The translations under genes and the position numbers were made by a program. DNA of 64,000 nucleotides, taken from the NCBI GenBank assembly GCA_910585795.1, contig CAJUFV010000171.1:8501-72500 (forward strand), given 5' to 3'. The stretch comes from an uncultured Clostridia bacterium. GTDB taxonomy: Bacteria; Bacillota; Clostridia; UBA1381. Under the pieces are notes generated by a model. That model was not told where the DNA came from. It saw only the letters and a list, made by a program, of their open reading frames with translations, and searched no databases. Shown piece by piece: positions 45,789 through 55,912 of the stretch. The stretch's first letter is position 1; each line of letters begins with the position of its first letter.

Positions 45789-47253
45789 CAGCGATTTTGA
45801 AAATATATTTTCCAAAATTGAACCCGATGACGCTCTTAAAAGCAGAATAATGGATAGAATGGAGAATGGCGAAATGAAAAAGAGTACGCGCAATAATATA
45901 AGACGCATGGTTGCCATAGCGGCTTGCGTTGCTATAGCAGGCATAAGCACAGCATTCGCGACCGGCAGTGTTATTTCTTACTTTCAGTCGGATAGAGCCG
46001 TTGATATTACCAGTATGGAAGCGCTTGCCCAATACAATGACGAGGTAGGCGCTACAGTGTCTAACTTCGGATATACGCTGACGCTTGATAATCTGGCGAC
46101 TGACGACAACTTTATGCATATTTTCTACACGCTGAAAAAAGACAACGCCGCTATGACAGAGGAAGATTATTATAATTTCTGGTTCCTCTGCCGTATAAAC
46201 GGAAAACTGGCAAATTTTGGTAATCACAATGAGGAAAAAGCTTATACTACAGAGGACGGAGCCTACAGGGGCGTCATCAAGCTGAACATAGCTGATATGG
46301 AAGTCCCTGACACCTTTACGCTGGAAATGTACAGCGAGCCGGTAACAATGACAAAGGAAAACAGCAGCTTTGAGGGAGATTACCTCTTTAATGATAACAC
46401 CGTTCTTACAGACGATGACAAGGCAAAGCTTTTATATGTTTCAACTACGGCTAAGAAATCAAGCGTTGAAACAAAAAGCGTTGTAAAAGAGGTAAACAAA
46501 AAGTTCCCGTTCATATATTATGATGAAATTTATGATGAGAACGGTAATGAATCTTCAGTAGAAAAGCAGGGCGAGGGAGAAATTTCAAAGGTTGTATTCT
46601 CTCCCTTCGGAAGCCAGCTTGTTGTAAAGGACAGATTTGAAGGCTATGGCGGAATGAAAGTAAGCGGCAGCGCAATATTTGACGAGAACGGTCAAAGCTT
46701 GGATGTTCTTAACACTGATTTAAGCGGAGGCAGAGTAGGCATCGACTGTACAAACAAAATTGAATTCCTGAAGGCTGACGCGAATACAAAAGCTCTTAAA
46801 ATTGTTCCTTTAAAGAATACTATGAGTTATAATGATGAAAAAACTACAGTTCAACAGATTGGCACATATCCGCTTACCTTTAAGACAAGCGATTACGGCA
46901 GTGTTGTTGTAACAAATATACGCTTCTCGGACGGCGCTTTTGAGATTGACTATTACAAGGACGGTTTCTCACTGTATGACCCGGCTTTCCATACAATGGA
47001 TAAGGACGGAAACATCATAGAGCCAGGCGGTAAATTAGGCTGCTTATTTACTACAATAGTGCATCATGACACGAACTCATACACTGCTAAATACGAATAT
47101 TGTGGCGAATATGACGAAAACGGAAACATACTACCGTTTGACATGAGTACTATCAGTAAAGAAAAGCTTGAGCAGGCGTTTACACATCTGAGCATAAATT
47201 ATTATGATTTTGAACTGGATTACGATAACGCAATTGACATTGACCTGAAATAA
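45781..47253 (+). CDS. Membrane-anchored putative anti-sigma factor (DUF4179-like) with a large extracytoplasmic domain
   Basis: It overlaps the sigma gene by 8 nt. A short cytoplasmic N-terminus is followed by one TM helix (MVAIAACVAIAGISTAFA) and an approximately 420-aa external domain. Confidence 0.65.
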   Translation: MHNSDFENIFSKIEPDDALKSRIMDRMENGEMKKSTRNNIRRMVAIAACVAIAGISTAFATGSVISYFQSDRAVDITSMEALAQYNDEVGATVSNFGYTLTLDNLATDDNFMHIFYTLKKDNAAMTEEDYYNFWFLCRINGKLANFGNHNEEKAYTTEDGAYRGVIKLNIADMEVPDTFTLEMYSEPVTMTKENSSFEGDYLFNDNTVLTDDDKAKLLYVSTTAKKSSVETKSVVKEVNKKFPFIYYDEIYDENGNESSVEKQGEGEISKVVFSPFGSQLVVKDRFEGYGGMKVSGSAIFDENGQSLDVLNTDLSGGRVGIDCTNKIEFLKADANTKALKIVPLKNTMSYNDEKTTVQQIGTYPLTFKTSDYGSVVVTNIRFSDGAFEIDYYKDGFSLYDPAFHTMDKDGNIIEPGGKLGCLFTTIVHHDTNSYTAKYEYCGEYDENGNILPFDMSTISKEKLEQAFTHLSINYYDFELDYDNAIDIDLK

Positions 47254-47300
47254 ATATGTCATTTAATACACCTGAAATATCTATTTGCAATTCACTCACA

Positions 47301-47330
47301 AGGGACGCTCAATGAGCGTCCCTGCTTTGT
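47301..47330. terminator. Hairpin shared by the convergent anti-sigma and tadA genes
   Basis: 9-bp stem agggacgct / agcgtccct with a 5-nt loop, followed on the plus strand by gctttgtttctt. It overlaps the last codons of tadA. Confidence 0.5.
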
Positions 47331-47824
47331 TTCTTATGTTTTCTCAGCTCACGAAAAAATGATGATAAAATCTCCGCGCATTCTTTTTCCATTATACCGC
47401 CGATAACATTGACATTATGATTAAATAATCCGTTCTCAAACAAATTCACATTACTCCCCGCGCAGCCAGATTTTTTATCATAAGCGCCAAAATACACATT
47501 ATTAATACGCGCGTTTATAATAGCTCCGGAACACATCGGACACGGTTCAAGCGTAATGTATATATCACATTCAGGCAGTCTCCAGCCACCTAGCTTACGG
47601 CACGCCTTATCTATCGCCGTTATCTCCGCATGCATAAGCGCATTCTTTTTTGTTTCCCGCCTATTATAGCCGCGCGCTATAATTTTTCCATGCTGTACAA
47701 TTACCGCTCCAACAGGTGTTTCACCAATTTCAGCGGCTTTTTTTGCCTGCGCCGCCGCCTCTTTCATAAACTTTTCTTCCATAATTTTCTCCGCATCAGT
47801 TTTTATGTATTTTATCATATTCAT
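47309..47824 (-). CDS. tadA: tRNA adenosine(34) deaminase
   Basis: CDA zinc motifs HAEITAI and PCPMCSGAI, plus GETPVGAVIV. The start is uncertain: ATG 47824, or the internal MEEKFMKEA at 47782. Confidence 0.85.
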   Translation of the reverse strand: MNMIKYIKTDAEKIMEEKFMKEAAAQAKKAAEIGETPVGAVIVQHGKIIARGYNRRETKKNALMHAEITAIDKACRKLGGWRLPECDIYITLEPCPMCSGAIINARINNVYFGAYDKKSGCAGSNVNLFENGLFNHNVNVIGGIMEKECAEILSSFFRELRKHKKQSRDAH

Positions 47825-47863
47825 GATAAATCTGTCAACAAATACAAATTTTTAAAATACCTC

Positions 47864-47894
47864 TTGACAAATTATACTATGTATTGTATAGTAT
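47864..47894 (+). promoter_or_regulatory. PadR operon promoter with an overlapping inverted repeat (candidate PadR operator)
   Basis: TTGACA (47864-47869)-N17-TATAGT (47887-47892). The inverted repeat ATACTAT (47874-47880)-N7-ATAGTAT (47888-47894) spans the spacer and the -10. Confidence 0.5.
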
Positions 47895-47910
47895 TATGTG
47901 AAAGGGGGCA

Positions 47911-48240
47911 TTGCATATGGACGCACAGCTCAAACGCGGACTGCTTGACGTCTGCGTTTTAACAGCAATTAAACATGAAGATTCCTATGGATATAAAATT
48001 ATCAAGGATATTTCACCGTACATGCCAATATCTGAATCCACATTGTATCCTATTCTGAAACGTCTTGAAAACGCCGGATTTATCACGGTATACAGCGTGG
48101 AGCACAACAGCCGTCTAAGAAAGTATTATCACATCACAGAGACAGGTATAAGAAAAATATTTGAATTTCTTGAGGAATGGAAGGACGTCATGAAGGCGTA
48201 TGATTTTATAAAGGGGTGTTATGACAATGACAAAGAATGA
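47911..48240 (+). CDS. PadR-family transcriptional regulator
   Basis: 109 aa. LKRGLLDVCVLTAIKHEDSYGYKIIKDI...STLYPILKRLENAGFI is a classic PadR winged helix. Confidence 0.9.
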   Translation: MHMDAQLKRGLLDVCVLTAIKHEDSYGYKIIKDISPYMPISESTLYPILKRLENAGFITVYSVEHNSRLRKYYHITETGIRKIFEFLEEWKDVMKAYDFIKGCYDNDKE

Positions 48241-48820
48241 ATTTTTAGATAAACTGAGAAGCGCGCTTGCCGGACTGCCTCAGGAGGAAATAGAAAAGAC
48301 AATTGATTACTACTGTGAGATAATTGATGACGCTATTGAAGACGGCGAGGATGAGCAAAGTGTTATCAGCAGAATGAGTATAGAAGATATTGTAGAAAAA
48401 ATAATAAATGAAACTCCAATACGCAAATTTGTACAGGAAGATGTAAAACGCCGTAATCTGAGCGCGTCATTTATAATACTTCTTATTCTTGCTTCGCCGA
48501 TATGGTTTCCTGTTCTGACAGCATTACTGACTGTCGCATTTACATTCTATATAGTTATATGGACAATTGTAGCGGTATTGTTCATTGTATTTGCCGCTCT
48601 GGCTGTGAGCAGTGTAGCCATGCTGATAGCAGCGCCTCTGATGACAATAGCACGCCCAATTAAGGCAATGCTCGCGTTTGGTCTTGCGCTGGCCAGTGCA
48701 GGTATGGCAGTGTTCATGTTTTATCTGTCAATATTCTGCGCAAAACTGACAATCAAATTCACGCTGTTAAGTATAAGAGGCATAAAAAATGTTTTTATAA
48801 AAAGGAGTGACGCGAGATGA
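48221..48820 (+). CDS. DUF1700-family membrane protein (PadR-associated)
   Basis: The N-terminus (NEFLDKLRSALAGLPQEEIEKTIDYYCEIIDDA) is typical of DUF1700, followed by TM helices. It overlaps padR by 20 nt. Confidence 0.75.
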   Translation: MTMTKNEFLDKLRSALAGLPQEEIEKTIDYYCEIIDDAIEDGEDEQSVISRMSIEDIVEKIINETPIRKFVQEDVKRRNLSASFIILLILASPIWFPVLTALLTVAFTFYIVIWTIVAVLFIVFAALAVSSVAMLIAAPLMTIARPIKAMLAFGLALASAGMAVFMFYLSIFCAKLTIKFTLLSIRGIKNVFIKRSDAR

Positions 48821-49674
48821 AGGTAAATAAAATATTAATTACAACAGCTGGACTGTTTATATTAGCGGGAATAATAATTGCAGGTATAGCTATTATGCTG
48901 ACAGCTAAATCAGCGGAACCCAACGCGCGTATGGAAACACGGGAAATAAGCGAAAAAATTTCAAAAATAGATATATCCGCTGATATGAGCAACATAGAAA
49001 TCATTCCAGCTATTGGTACAGATAAAATTACGCTGGCTTATTTTACAGACGATACAAACAAATATGACATATCATCGGACAACGGAACACTGTCAGTAAA
49101 ATACGAAAAATTTAGTAAAGATAAAGCAAAATGGTATGATTATTTTTTCAGCTTTGATTTTAAAAGAGACCATGACATCCTTCTTCAGGTTCCGGAAAAT
49201 TTAATTGCTGATTTTCAGCTTAACACCAACTATGGAGATATTGCGGCAAGAAGTATCACAGGAGGCAGTGTAAATATTCATACCAACCTTGGTGATATGG
49301 ATATAAAACAGTGTAAATTTAAAACAATGGAATGTACAACTGACTATGGAGATATTGATATAGAACACTGTGTGGGCGATATACTTAAAAGCAGTACCGA
49401 TTACGGAGATATTGATATGAAAGAATGTGTAGGAAAACTGGATTGCGGCACTGATTATGGTGATATTGAATTTAAAAGAATTTCAGGCGACAGTATATTA
49501 ATGAATACCGCCTGCGGTAATATTGAAGGCAGCATTGACGGCAGAGAAACAGACTATACTATTAATACCAAAACAAGTCTTGGAGATAACAATATACAGA
49601 ACAGAACAGGCGGAGAAAAGCTTTTAGATTTAAAAACAGATATGGGTGATATTGAAATAATTTTTCTAAAATAA
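48817..49674 (+). CDS. DUF4097-family beta-repeat protein (putative adhesin-like, PadR-associated)
   Basis: N-terminal TM anchor. It carries repeated TDYGDIDIEHCVGD / TDYGDIDMKECVGK / TDYGDIEFKRISGD units. It is the third member of the conserved PadR-DUF1700-DUF4097 triad. Confidence 0.75.
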   Translation: MKVNKILITTAGLFILAGIIIAGIAIMLTAKSAEPNARMETREISEKISKIDISADMSNIEIIPAIGTDKITLAYFTDDTNKYDISSDNGTLSVKYEKFSKDKAKWYDYFFSFDFKRDHDILLQVPENLIADFQLNTNYGDIAARSITGGSVNIHTNLGDMDIKQCKFKTMECTTDYGDIDIEHCVGDILKSSTDYGDIDMKECVGKLDCGTDYGDIEFKRISGDSILMNTACGNIEGSIDGRETDYTINTKTSLGDNNIQNRTGGEKLLDLKTDMGDIEIIFLK

Positions 49675-49720
49675 CATAGAAATAAAAAAAACAGAACGTA
49701 AAACAGTTATGCCTGAAAAA

Positions 49721-49757
49721 TCATAAAAATAGTCCTATAACAGGACTATTTTTATGA
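49721..49757. terminator. Bidirectional terminator between the DUF4097 gene and pheA
   Basis: 15-bp perfect stem tcataaaaatagtcc / ggactatttttatga with a 7-nt loop. Confidence 0.75.
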
Positions 49758-49769
49758 TTATATAAATTA

Positions 49770-50582
49770 TCAGTATGAATATGAACCAAGGAATTTATAA
49801 AAAAACGTATTCTGACGTACCTTGTCAAGCGCGAAATAAATTCCGGCTTCATCAATATTGCCGTCTATGTCAATAAAAAACACATATTTACCAAGCTCAT
49901 GCTTCATAGGACGTGACTCGATTTTTGTCATGTTAATTCCGGACTTTGCCAGAAGCTCAATCGCGTTATAAAGACTGCCGGGTCTGTTATCTATAGCAAA
50001 CACAATAGAGGTTTTGTCATGCTCCGTTACAGCCATACACGGTTCTTTCTCAATAATAACAAAACGCGTCGAATTATTTGCTTCATCTCCGCAGTCAGGA
50101 TAAAGAATTTCAAGATCATACAGCTTTGCACTGCTTGGAGACGCAATGCATGCTACAGAGCCGTCAGACAGAGCCGTTTTCTGAGCGGCAAAAGCAGTCG
50201 AATCGGCAAATTCAATCTTCGTGCCGGTAAATTCATATGAAAGAAGGCGAGAGCATTGTCCTATAGGCTGGGGATGTGATGTTATAATCTTTATATCTTC
50301 TTTTTTTGTTCCCCTTTTAACCATCAGATTTTGACTGATATGCAGAATATATTCACCTGTAATATATAAATCCACATCAAAAGCAAGCGTATCAAGAGTC
50401 AAATTCACACTTCCCTCAATAGAATTTTCAATGGGAACAATCGCCCTGTCTATCTCTCCTTTTTCAACAGCATTAATCGCGGCGTAAATCGTGGGATACT
50501 CTTTTAGCTTCTCACTTTCATGTGACCATTCTACTGCCGCCTGATGCGAAAAAGTCCCGCTTGGTCCCAAATAACCTAACAT
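49770..50582 (-). CDS. pheA: Prephenate dehydratase (PDT + ACT domains)
   Basis: GYLGPSGTFSHQAA and TRFVII are present, together with an ACT domain (TSIVFAIDNRPGSLYNAIELLAKSGINMTKIESRP). I prefer the ATG at 50582, which has AAAGGAG upstream. The alternative GTG at 50609 has no RBS. Confidence 0.85.
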   Translation of the reverse strand: MLGYLGPSGTFSHQAAVEWSHESEKLKEYPTIYAAINAVEKGEIDRAIVPIENSIEGSVNLTLDTLAFDVDLYITGEYILHISQNLMVKRGTKKEDIKIITSHPQPIGQCSRLLSYEFTGTKIEFADSTAFAAQKTALSDGSVACIASPSSAKLYDLEILYPDCGDEANNSTRFVIIEKEPCMAVTEHDKTSIVFAIDNRPGSLYNAIELLAKSGINMTKIESRPMKHELGKYVFFIDIDGNIDEAGIYFALDKVRQNTFFYKFLGSYSY

Positions 50583-50614
50583 GTTCGATTTTTTAGCTCC
50601 TTTCAGCACACTGT

Positions 50615-51634
50615 TTACAAAAGCTCCTTCCCCACTGCCTTTGCAATAGGGTCAAGCTCCTTCATCAGTTTATCAAACTTCTCAGGAGTAAGCGACTGCT
50701 CTCCGTCTGAAGCAGCTTTTTCAGGACAATTATGTACTTCAATCATAAGTCCGTCTGCGCCGGCCGCTACTGCGCCCTTTGCGACTGCGGGCACGTATTT
50801 GTATGTTCCTGTGGCGTGGCTTGGGTCAGCAATAATAGGAAGATGTGAAAGCTCCTTTGAAACAGGAATGGCGCTTAAATCAAAAGTATTTCTGGTGGAT
50901 GTCTCATATGTTCTTATACCTCTTTCGCAGAGAATAACATCCTCATTGCCCTCAGACATAATATACTCGGCAGCCATCAGCCATTCCTCCATTGTACAGG
51001 CAAGACCGCGCTTTAACAAAATAGGCTTATTGCACTTCCCCACTTCGCGAAGCAACTTAAAATTCTGCATGTTTCTTGCGCCTATCTGCATTACATCCGC
51101 ATATTTTGCCACAAGCTCAACATCTCTTGTATCCAGCACCTCTGTGCAAATAGGCATACCAAGCTCCTGACCGCTGTTATACATTATTTTAAGACCGTCT
51201 CCCTCCAGTCCCTGAAACGAATACGGAGAAGAACGCGGCTTAAACGCTCCGCCTCTTAAAATATTTGCTCCTGATGCTTTAACGGCGGCGCTTACCTGTG
51301 TAAACTGCTCCTGACTTTCAATAGCGCACGGGCCGGCAAAAACGGCAAGCTGTTTTCCGCCTACAGTTACTCCATGACCTACATCAATCACCGACTGGTC
51401 TTTATGCAGTTCTTTTGATGCCAGCTTATATGGCTTCATAATCGGCACGACATTGTCAACACCGTCCATCATAAGTATCTGATTCATACTTAACAGACGC
51501 TTATCGCCTATTGCGCCGATAACTGTTTTCTTTTCGCCGTAAATCGGATGCGTCTGAAATCCAACGTCCGCAAGTATTTTCTCGACCGCGCCGATTTCCT
51601 TTGCGGAGGCGCTGTCTTTCATAATAATAATCAT
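50615..51634 (-). CDS. aroF: 3-deoxy-7-phosphoheptulonate (DAHP) synthase, type I-beta with an N-terminal regulatory domain
   Basis: 339 aa. An N-terminal ferredoxin-like domain (IIIMKDSASAKEIGAVEKIL) is fused to a KDO8P/DAHP synthase barrel (AGPCAIES, LRGGAFKPRSSPYSFQGL, KRG, DPSHATG). Confidence 0.9.
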   Translation of the reverse strand: MIIIMKDSASAKEIGAVEKILADVGFQTHPIYGEKKTVIGAIGDKRLLSMNQILMMDGVDNVVPIMKPYKLASKELHKDQSVIDVGHGVTVGGKQLAVFAGPCAIESQEQFTQVSAAVKASGANILRGGAFKPRSSPYSFQGLEGDGLKIMYNSGQELGMPICTEVLDTRDVELVAKYADVMQIGARNMQNFKLLREVGKCNKPILLKRGLACTMEEWLMAAEYIMSEGNEDVILCERGIRTYETSTRNTFDLSAIPVSKELSHLPIIADPSHATGTYKYVPAVAKGAVAAGADGLMIEVHNCPEKAASDGEQSLTPEKFDKLMKELDPIAKAVGKELL

Positions 51635-51703
51635 TTATATTCACATTCTTTCTTTAAATTAATTCTAAAATACAGTATAGCAAAAAAGTATATTTTTTGC
51701 AAG

Positions 51704-52792
51704 TTAATTTCCTACAATATCTGAAATATCAGCAAATACCGCCTCGGTTTTATATTTGTCTCCATCCTTGCATATCCTGTTAAAATAAAGCCGTTTTCCG
51801 TCACATGAAAACGACGGATTTGGATGCACCTGCAATTTCCATGTTATATATTCGTCATGAGGTATTTCAAGCACAGCAGCAGGAGTTTTATTTCCACGCC
51901 GGTATAGATATACATTAGCCGCATAGTCAGGGTAACACCTGTCACCGGCAAACCATTGTCTGTCCGCGCTGCCGTCCATATGATTTGATATGCCGCCCAG
52001 TATCTCCAGCTCTTCTCCGTCCTTAGAAAACCTCGCGATATAGCTTGTTTCCATTTCAATACGCTTTCCCTGATTGAATTGACGCGTCGCCATATATGTA
52101 TCATCATCAAACCACAGCTGATGCACCGGTTTATCCGGAATAACATGAGCCTTACCTGTGGCAAGGTCAATACAGCCAAGAGCGCCGAATACTGGACAAT
52201 CATCTACTCCCAGACGCATCATAACTGAATCAGCCGAAGGATTAAGCTGTACATGACTTACCGAAGCAGTATATTCATTAGGAGTAAGACCGTGCTCACG
52301 CACCATGCTTAATATATCTTGCTCCGAAACGATAAGCGTTATTTTACCGCTCATCACATCAAGAATATAAATACCGCATTTATCAATTTCAGGATAATCA
52401 GGATTTTTACCGATAAATTCTCTTGAAACGGAAAACGGATATTTTCCGCTCTCGGCACAGTGACTTTCTTTAGCGCATATTTCATATTTAACCTCGCCCG
52501 TATCAATATCCATAATACGGAATACAGGTAAATTATTTACGCTGTCACGGAATACAATCAGGTTTTCAGTTATAAACGAGGCAGAGGGGCCGTTATGATT
52601 ACCGCAATTCACATCAAATATTTTTCTGTGATTTTCAAGATTTCTGTCACAAACCCATATTTCTGTTTCATTTTTCTCAAGGTCAGTCTTACGAGCATAT
52701 ACTATACGCCGCGCAGCAGGACTTTCAACCGTTCCTCCGTTCATACCAAGCAAGGTTGAATATTCACCTTCAGAGATTTTCCTAATTTCCAT
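51704..52792 (-). CDS. Beta-propeller protein of unknown function (TolB/oligogalacturonate-lyase-like fold suspected)
   Basis: About 362 aa with repeated beta-blade-like segments (FRIMDIDTGEVKYEI, IYILDVMSGKITLIV, GCIDLATGKAHVI). I prefer the ATG at 52792 with RBS GAGGTGA. The family assignment is tentative. Confidence 0.45.
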   Translation of the reverse strand: MEIRKISEGEYSTLLGMNGGTVESPAARRIVYARKTDLEKNETEIWVCDRNLENHRKIFDVNCGNHNGPSASFITENLIVFRDSVNNLPVFRIMDIDTGEVKYEICAKESHCAESGKYPFSVSREFIGKNPDYPEIDKCGIYILDVMSGKITLIVSEQDILSMVREHGLTPNEYTASVSHVQLNPSADSVMMRLGVDDCPVFGALGCIDLATGKAHVIPDKPVHQLWFDDDTYMATRQFNQGKRIEMETSYIARFSKDGEELEILGGISNHMDGSADRQWFAGDRCYPDYAANVYLYRRGNKTPAAVLEIPHDEYITWKLQVHPNPSFSCDGKRLYFNRICKDGDKYKTEAVFADISDIVGN

Positions 52793-52837
52793 ATATATCA
52801 CCTCAATTGCAGATATTTTAATATTACAATTTTCTTA

Positions 52838-52871
52838 TAAAAACAGACGCCGCCAAGAGGACAGCGCCTGT
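52838..52871 (-). terminator. Terminator after the AlkD-like gene
   Basis: The minus-strand RNA acaggcgctgtc/ggcggcgtctgt forms a 12-bp stem with three G-U pairs, followed by TTTTT. Confidence 0.6.
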
Positions 52872-52875
52872 ATAT

Positions 52876-53583
52876 TTATTTCTTAAACTGCTTCGCAAGC
52901 TCCTTATCCTCTTTTGAAATCCTGTTAGATTCACGTATTTTACGCACGGCCATATTCTGTGTAACCGCGTTTAAATCATTATTTTCAAGGAACGCAAAAG
53001 TTTTATCGCGGCATTTAGCGGCGGCAGTGGCAACAAGCCAGCCCTGCATCATCTGCACGTAATAAAAATCTGAATTTACTGAATTCACATATTTTAAGAC
53101 ATCATCTATATATTCTTCAGTAAGATAGAATTCCAGCAGCATACCGAAGCCGTACCTTATAACCCAGTTATTATCGTTATAAATAAAATATTCTATATCA
53201 TTCCAGAGCTGTGGCAGGAATTTTTTCATCCCTTTAAATGAAACTACATCGCATGTTTCCCAGCTTGTAATCTTATCCGCATATGTCTTTATATATTCAA
53301 GCATCTGCGAATAATCACATTTCACAAGCGCCATTACAAGTCCCTCCAGCATAATTTCTTCACGGTATACGCCCTTTTTACATTCCAGAAACTCAGCGTA
53401 ATTACCCTTTGAAATCTCCTTTGCCGTCTGACGCAATAAAGGTATCCTTATCCCCAATGAAGCCCCCACCCCAGGGACGAGCGAATCACTGAAAGCCTTA
53501 TACTTTTCATCCGCAATGGATTTAAGATAGTCCGTAAGCTCCTTATAATCCCTTCGCGTCCAATGCTCTCTTTTTAATTCCAT
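52876..53583 (-). CDS. DNA alkylation repair protein (AlkD-like HEAT-repeat glycosylase family)
   Basis: 235 aa. YKAFSDSLVPGVGASLGIRIPLLRQTAKEI and the WVIRYGF...L blocks resemble the DNA_alkylation family. Confidence 0.75.
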   Translation of the reverse strand: MELKREHWTRRDYKELTDYLKSIADEKYKAFSDSLVPGVGASLGIRIPLLRQTAKEISKGNYAEFLECKKGVYREEIMLEGLVMALVKCDYSQMLEYIKTYADKITSWETCDVVSFKGMKKFLPQLWNDIEYFIYNDNNWVIRYGFGMLLEFYLTEEYIDDVLKYVNSVNSDFYYVQMMQGWLVATAAAKCRDKTFAFLENNDLNAVTQNMAVRKIRESNRISKEDKELAKQFKK

Positions 53584-53585
53584 AA

Positions 53586-55124
53586 TTAAATATCCGCTTT
53601 CCTTACTGATTCAAATTCGCTTATAACCTCTTCCGACGGAGCTTTTGTCAGAAGTGATACAACAAATATACATATAAATGAAATTACGGCTCCCGGTATA
53701 ATCTCATACACAGTGAATATAGCCGGAATATCCGCTCCCCATATCAAAGCCGGCACATACGCCCACAGAAGAGCTGTCGCGCCTCCTGAAATAACTCCTG
53801 CAAGTGCACCGTTTTCATTACAGCGTTTCCAGAACAGACTGCATAGAATAATCGGGCCAAACGCCGCACCAAAACCGGCCCATGCGTGAGCAACTATTTC
53901 AAACACCGATGAATTCGGGTCAATCGCCAGCACAAACGCAATAGCAGCAATTACTATAATAGCCAGACGGCTTATTAAAAGCAATTTTTTCTCAGACGCG
54001 TTTTTATTGAATATAGTATTATATATATCTGAGGAGAAAGAAGATGACGCGACAAGAAGCTGTGAATCAGCAGTCGACATAATTGCCGCAAGCACTGCTG
54101 CAAGCAGTACACCGGCAATAATAGTCGGGAACATATGCTGAATAAGCACCATAAATACCTTTTCACTGTCGGCAAGCATACCGTCCGCGCCAAGAACTCC
54201 GGCCGGAAGCTGTCCTGTAGCCATAAGTTGCTTTAAAAACGGATTCGCGAGCATACCGATAATAACAGCAAGAGCAAGACTTATAATAACCCATACCATG
54301 GCGATTATTCTTGCTGGCTTAATTTCCTTTGATGACCTTATCGCCATAAATCTTGTAAGAATATGCGGCTGTCCGAAATATCCGAAGCCCCATGCTATAG
54401 CGCTTACTATACCCATCGCTCCAAAGCCCTTTGTAATTCCCAATGATATATCTCCCAGCTGTGACCAGACAAAGCCCGTTCCGTTCAAATCTCTGTACAT
54501 AAATACCGCGACAATAATTATCGCAAAAAACATAAGGAGTCCCTGAAAAAGGTCTGTCCAGCATACCGCTTTGAATCCGCCCAGATATGTATACACAGCA
54601 ACTACTACAACACTTAATATAAGAGCCGGCAAATAGCCCATATCAAAAATATAATCAAACAGCTTTGCTCCGGCCGCAAACATTGACGACGTATAAACCG
54701 TAAAAAATATAAGTATAAACAATGCGGCAAACACGCGCAGAACATTTGATTTTGAACGGAAACGGTTTTGCAGAAAATCAGGAATGGTTATAGAATTACC
54801 GGCAATCTGCGTATATTTGCGAAGAGGCTTCGCTACAATAAGCCAGTTCAGATATGTACCTATCGCAAGTCCAATAGCTGTCCATGCCGCTTCCGTTGTA
54901 CCCGCGCCAAGCAGATACGCTGTTCCGGGCAGTCCCATCAGCAGCCAGCCGCTCATATCCGATGCCTGCGCGCTCATTGACGTTACCCATATATTCATTC
55001 CTCTGCCTCCGAGTATATAGTCGGCATGGGTAGTATTCTTTTTATAAAAAATAAATCCCACCATTATCATTGCCACAAGATACAGCAGAAGAACTATACC
55101 CTGTATAATACTTTGTGATGTCAT
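53586..55124 (-). CDS. putP: Sodium:proline symporter (SSS family)
   Basis: 512 aa with about 13 TM helices. YILGGRGMN, SAQASDMSGWLLMGLPG and GFGYFGQPHILTRFMA are typical PutP blocks. Confidence 0.85.
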   Translation of the reverse strand: MTSQSIIQGIVLLLYLVAMIMVGFIFYKKNTTHADYILGGRGMNIWVTSMSAQASDMSGWLLMGLPGTAYLLGAGTTEAAWTAIGLAIGTYLNWLIVAKPLRKYTQIAGNSITIPDFLQNRFRSKSNVLRVFAALFILIFFTVYTSSMFAAGAKLFDYIFDMGYLPALILSVVVVAVYTYLGGFKAVCWTDLFQGLLMFFAIIIVAVFMYRDLNGTGFVWSQLGDISLGITKGFGAMGIVSAIAWGFGYFGQPHILTRFMAIRSSKEIKPARIIAMVWVIISLALAVIIGMLANPFLKQLMATGQLPAGVLGADGMLADSEKVFMVLIQHMFPTIIAGVLLAAVLAAIMSTADSQLLVASSSFSSDIYNTIFNKNASEKKLLLISRLAIIVIAAIAFVLAIDPNSSVFEIVAHAWAGFGAAFGPIILCSLFWKRCNENGALAGVISGGATALLWAYVPALIWGADIPAIFTVYEIIPGAVISFICIFVVSLLTKAPSEEVISEFESVRKADI

Positions 55125-55192
55125 ATTTTGATACCTCTCTTTTTTATAGTAATAGTAATAATTATACCAGAAAACGCATAATTTTGCAATAT

Positions 55193-55852
55193 TTATTTTC
55201 TGTTATCCTCCCAGCCGAGATAGGTGGCTTCAAGTCTGTAGATAGGCATTCCGGCCTCTGAAAACCGCTGCTCATACTCCGTCATGACATTTCCTTCAAA
55301 ATCCGAATTATGAAGGTCAAGACTGATATTTTCCAGCTTATAATTTTCCTGAGCAAACGAATTCAGAGAAAAATCAAACAATGCCTTATTATCTGTTTTG
55401 AACCATATATAATCTCCCTGCGTCAGCACAGATTTATAGCGGTCAAGAAAACGCTTATGTGTAAGACGGCGTTTAGCCTGCTTTTTCTTTTTCCAAGGGT
55501 CGGAAAAATTCAGATAAATACGGCGTATTTCACCTAATTCAAATACTTCTTCTATTTTTTCCGCATCCATATCCATAAACAAAACATTTTTAAGGCCGGC
55601 TGTTTTTGTTTTTTCCATTGCCATAACAATGACATCCTCAACCTTCTCTATCGCGATAAAATTAATATCAGGATATTTCCGCGCCATACCAACAATAAAA
55701 TTACCTTTACCGCAGCCTATTTCGATATGAATAGGATTATCATTGCCGAATAAATCCTCCCATTTTCCCTTATATTCCCGCGGATTTTTTATCCATATGT
55801 CACTGCATCGCTCCATTCGAGCGTCACAGTTCTTTTTCTTTCTCATTCTCAT
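55193..55852 (-). CDS. trmB: tRNA (guanine-N7)-methyltransferase
   Basis: IHIEIGCGKGNF (SAM motif I), NFSDPWPKK-like NFSDPWKKKKQAKRRL, and FKTDN. Confidence 0.9.
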   Translation of the reverse strand: MRMRKKKNCDARMERCSDIWIKNPREYKGKWEDLFGNDNPIHIEIGCGKGNFIVGMARKYPDINFIAIEKVEDVIVMAMEKTKTAGLKNVLFMDMDAEKIEEVFELGEIRRIYLNFSDPWKKKKQAKRRLTHKRFLDRYKSVLTQGDYIWFKTDNKALFDFSLNSFAQENYKLENISLDLHNSDFEGNVMTEYEQRFSEAGMPIYRLEATYLGWEDNRK

Positions 55853-55912
55853 AAAATACTGTACCTCAAATTTTATATTTACCGTGCAGTCTCACCACAC
55901 AATAATCATGAA

